Of a stretch of 35,603 nt of DNA, positions 34,185-35,603 are shown piece after piece. Source of the stretch: an archaeon (GTDB lineage: Archaea > Nanobdellota > Nanobdellia > Pacearchaeales > GW2011-AR1); contig JBDRNU010000017.1 of assembly GCA_043810775.1 (NCBI GenBank), positions 1-35,603 on the forward strand, read 5' to 3'. The notes under the pieces are model-generated. The model saw only the letters and a list, made by a program, of their open reading frames with translations. It did no database searches and was not told the DNA's origin. Positions within the stretch are counted from its first letter, which is position 1, and every line of letters starts with the position of its first letter. Both the position numbers and the translations under genes were made by a program.

Positions 34185-35387
34185 TTATAAACTTAAAGAT
34201 TCATTTAATATAATAGAAGCTCTATTTAAAATAGGTTCAGGGATAGCTAATTTTATTTCCCTTGTTCTACCATGTCTACCCTTACTTATAACTTTAGCAT
34301 TAATCAAACCAAGCATGTCAAATTCAGCAATAATATCACTTACTCTTCTTTGAGTTAGAATATCTGTTTTAGTTTGCTTGCATAATTCTTGGTAAATATT
34401 ATATACATCACCAGTAAATATCTTATGATATTGTTTGCTCCTTTCAAGATGAATTACAGCAAGTAAAGTTAACTGAAATTGCTTAGGTGCAGTTTCAATA
34501 ACATCAATAATCTTATCCCTATCAAATTTATCATTAGATAAATCAACATGCTTTAAGCTAATTTTACCACTACCATCTCTCTCAGCAAGCTCACCAGCTA
34601 TCCTAAGTAAATCTAATGCCCTCCTTGCATCGCCATGCTCTCTCGCAGCAAAAGCAGCACATTTTTGTATTACTCCTTCTTCAACAACCCCTTGTTTAAA
34701 TGATTCATTTGCCCTTTCCATTAAAATATCTTGTAACTGAACAGCATTATAAGGTGGAAAAACAACCTCTTCCTCACTTAAACTGCTTTTGACTCTAGGG
34801 TCTAGATTATCTAAAAATTTTAAATCATTACTTATACCTACTAAACTTATTTGAGCATTGCTCAACTCCGAATTTAATCTAGTTAAATTATAAAGAAAAT
34901 TGTCAGAAATCTTTTTGACAGCCTGATCAACTTCATCTAAAATTAACACAAGTAAATGATTCTCTTTTTCTATAAGTTCTATAAATTTATTATAAACCTG
35001 ATCAGTCGGCAGTCCTGTAGCAGGTACAGTTCCCCCAAACTTTTTAACTAATTCAGCTAAAATCCTATATTCTGTATCTGCAATCTTCTTTAATTTACAG
35101 TTAATATACTCAATTTTTAAGTCAAAATCTTTTTTCATGGTTCTTTTAAGCATCTCATTTCTAACATATTGTAAAGAAAGAGTTTTTCCAGTGCCTGTCT
35201 GACCATACACAAAAAGATTGCTTGTTCTCTCACCCCTTAATGCAGGGGCTAATATACCTGCTACCTGTTCAATTTGTTTATCCCTATGTGTAATGCAATT
35301 AGGATTATAATTTGTCTGAAGAATAAACTTATTTTTAAATAAGGAGCTTTTAGTAGCTGAATCAAAAATTCTATCTAATTTTTCCAT
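34185..35387 (-). CDS. cdc6: Orc1/Cdc6 replication initiator
   Basis: Walker A GQTGTGKT, Walker B LILDEVD, LDPRVKSSL, FPPYNA.QL, HGDARRALDLLR, and winged-helix SKGRHGRTR. Confidence 0.96.
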   Translation of the reverse strand: MEKLDRIFDSATKSSLFKNKFILQTNYNPNCITHRDKQIEQVAGILAPALRGERTSNLFVYGQTGTGKTLSLQYVRNEMLKRTMKKDFDLKIEYINCKLKKIADTEYRILAELVKKFGGTVPATGLPTDQVYNKFIELIEKENHLLVLILDEVDQAVKKISDNFLYNLTRLNSELSNAQISLVGISNDLKFLDNLDPRVKSSLSEEEVVFPPYNAVQLQDILMERANESFKQGVVEEGVIQKCAAFAAREHGDARRALDLLRIAGELAERDGSGKISLKHVDLSNDKFDRDKIIDVIETAPKQFQLTLLAVIHLERSKQYHKIFTGDVYNIYQELCKQTKTDILTQRRVSDIIAEFDMLGLINAKVISKGRHGRTREIKLAIPEPILNRASIILNESLSL

Positions 35388-35603
35388 CTTTTTACACCTT
35401 TATATAAAACCTACCTCTCTAAGTTATTTTTGTTTTATAAATTTAGTTATATTAAAACATATACTTACACTCACACCTTCATTTCCAGTAGAGATTGATA
35501 AACAAAACATCAAATCCCGTCGAAATGATTAGTCATTTTGTAATTACAATGGAAAAATACACCAACTCCTCTTTCTTATGGAAGATTGTATATAATATAT
35601 AAT
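35388..35603. other. Probable replication origin (oriC) with ORB-like boxes upstream of cdc6
   Basis: The minus strand of 35472-35494 reads TCTCTACTGGAAATGAAGGTGTG (ORB-like). Plus-strand TCCCGTCGAAATGA (35515-35528) and TTACAATGGAAA (35544-35555) are mini-ORB-like. An AT-rich tract lies at about 35420-35465. Confidence 0.6.

Noticed and set aside
1-35603. CRISPR array, tRNA/rRNA, transposase, integrase or defence system
   Set aside because: I saw no periodic repeats, no GC-rich structured RNA of suitable length and no such protein motifs; intergenic gaps are mostly too short.

Overview
AT-rich, very densely packed archaeal chromosome segment. The PolD (DP1/DP2) and Orc1/Cdc6 genes, short streamlined proteins and mosaic metabolism suggest a DPANN archaeon (Pacearchaeota/Woesearchaeota-like); this assignment is inferred. 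From left to right: (1) a 5'-truncated PlsC-type acyltransferase and an uncalled DUF3096-like small membrane gene; (2) a ROK sugar kinase divergent from a complete four-subunit group 3b [NiFe] (sulf)hydrogenase operon, followed by a maturation protease, hypA, hypC and an unusual protein with a HypC-like domain; (3) an upper/middle glycolysis cluster (PGI/PMI, bacterial-type GAPDH, PGK, PfkB kinase, class I aldolase, TPI) interspersed with membrane proteins; (4) an eight-gene carbohydrate locus (GT4-(alpha/alpha)6 fusion, GHMP kinase, PIG-L deacetylase, GT4, two GH130-like proteins, a frameshifted MFS transporter, a GH100/GH133-like hydrolase); (5) purF, a dCTP deaminase, DP2, DP1, cdc6 and a probable ORB-containing replication origin at the right edge. 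The strongest candidates for undescribed biology are the glycan build/breakdown locus physically linked to glycolysis and H2 production, and the HypC (His-less) plus HypC-domain (DUF6390-like) pair. All family assignments come from reading motifs by eye; no database search was run. I recognised no tRNA, rRNA, CRISPR array or mobile element.
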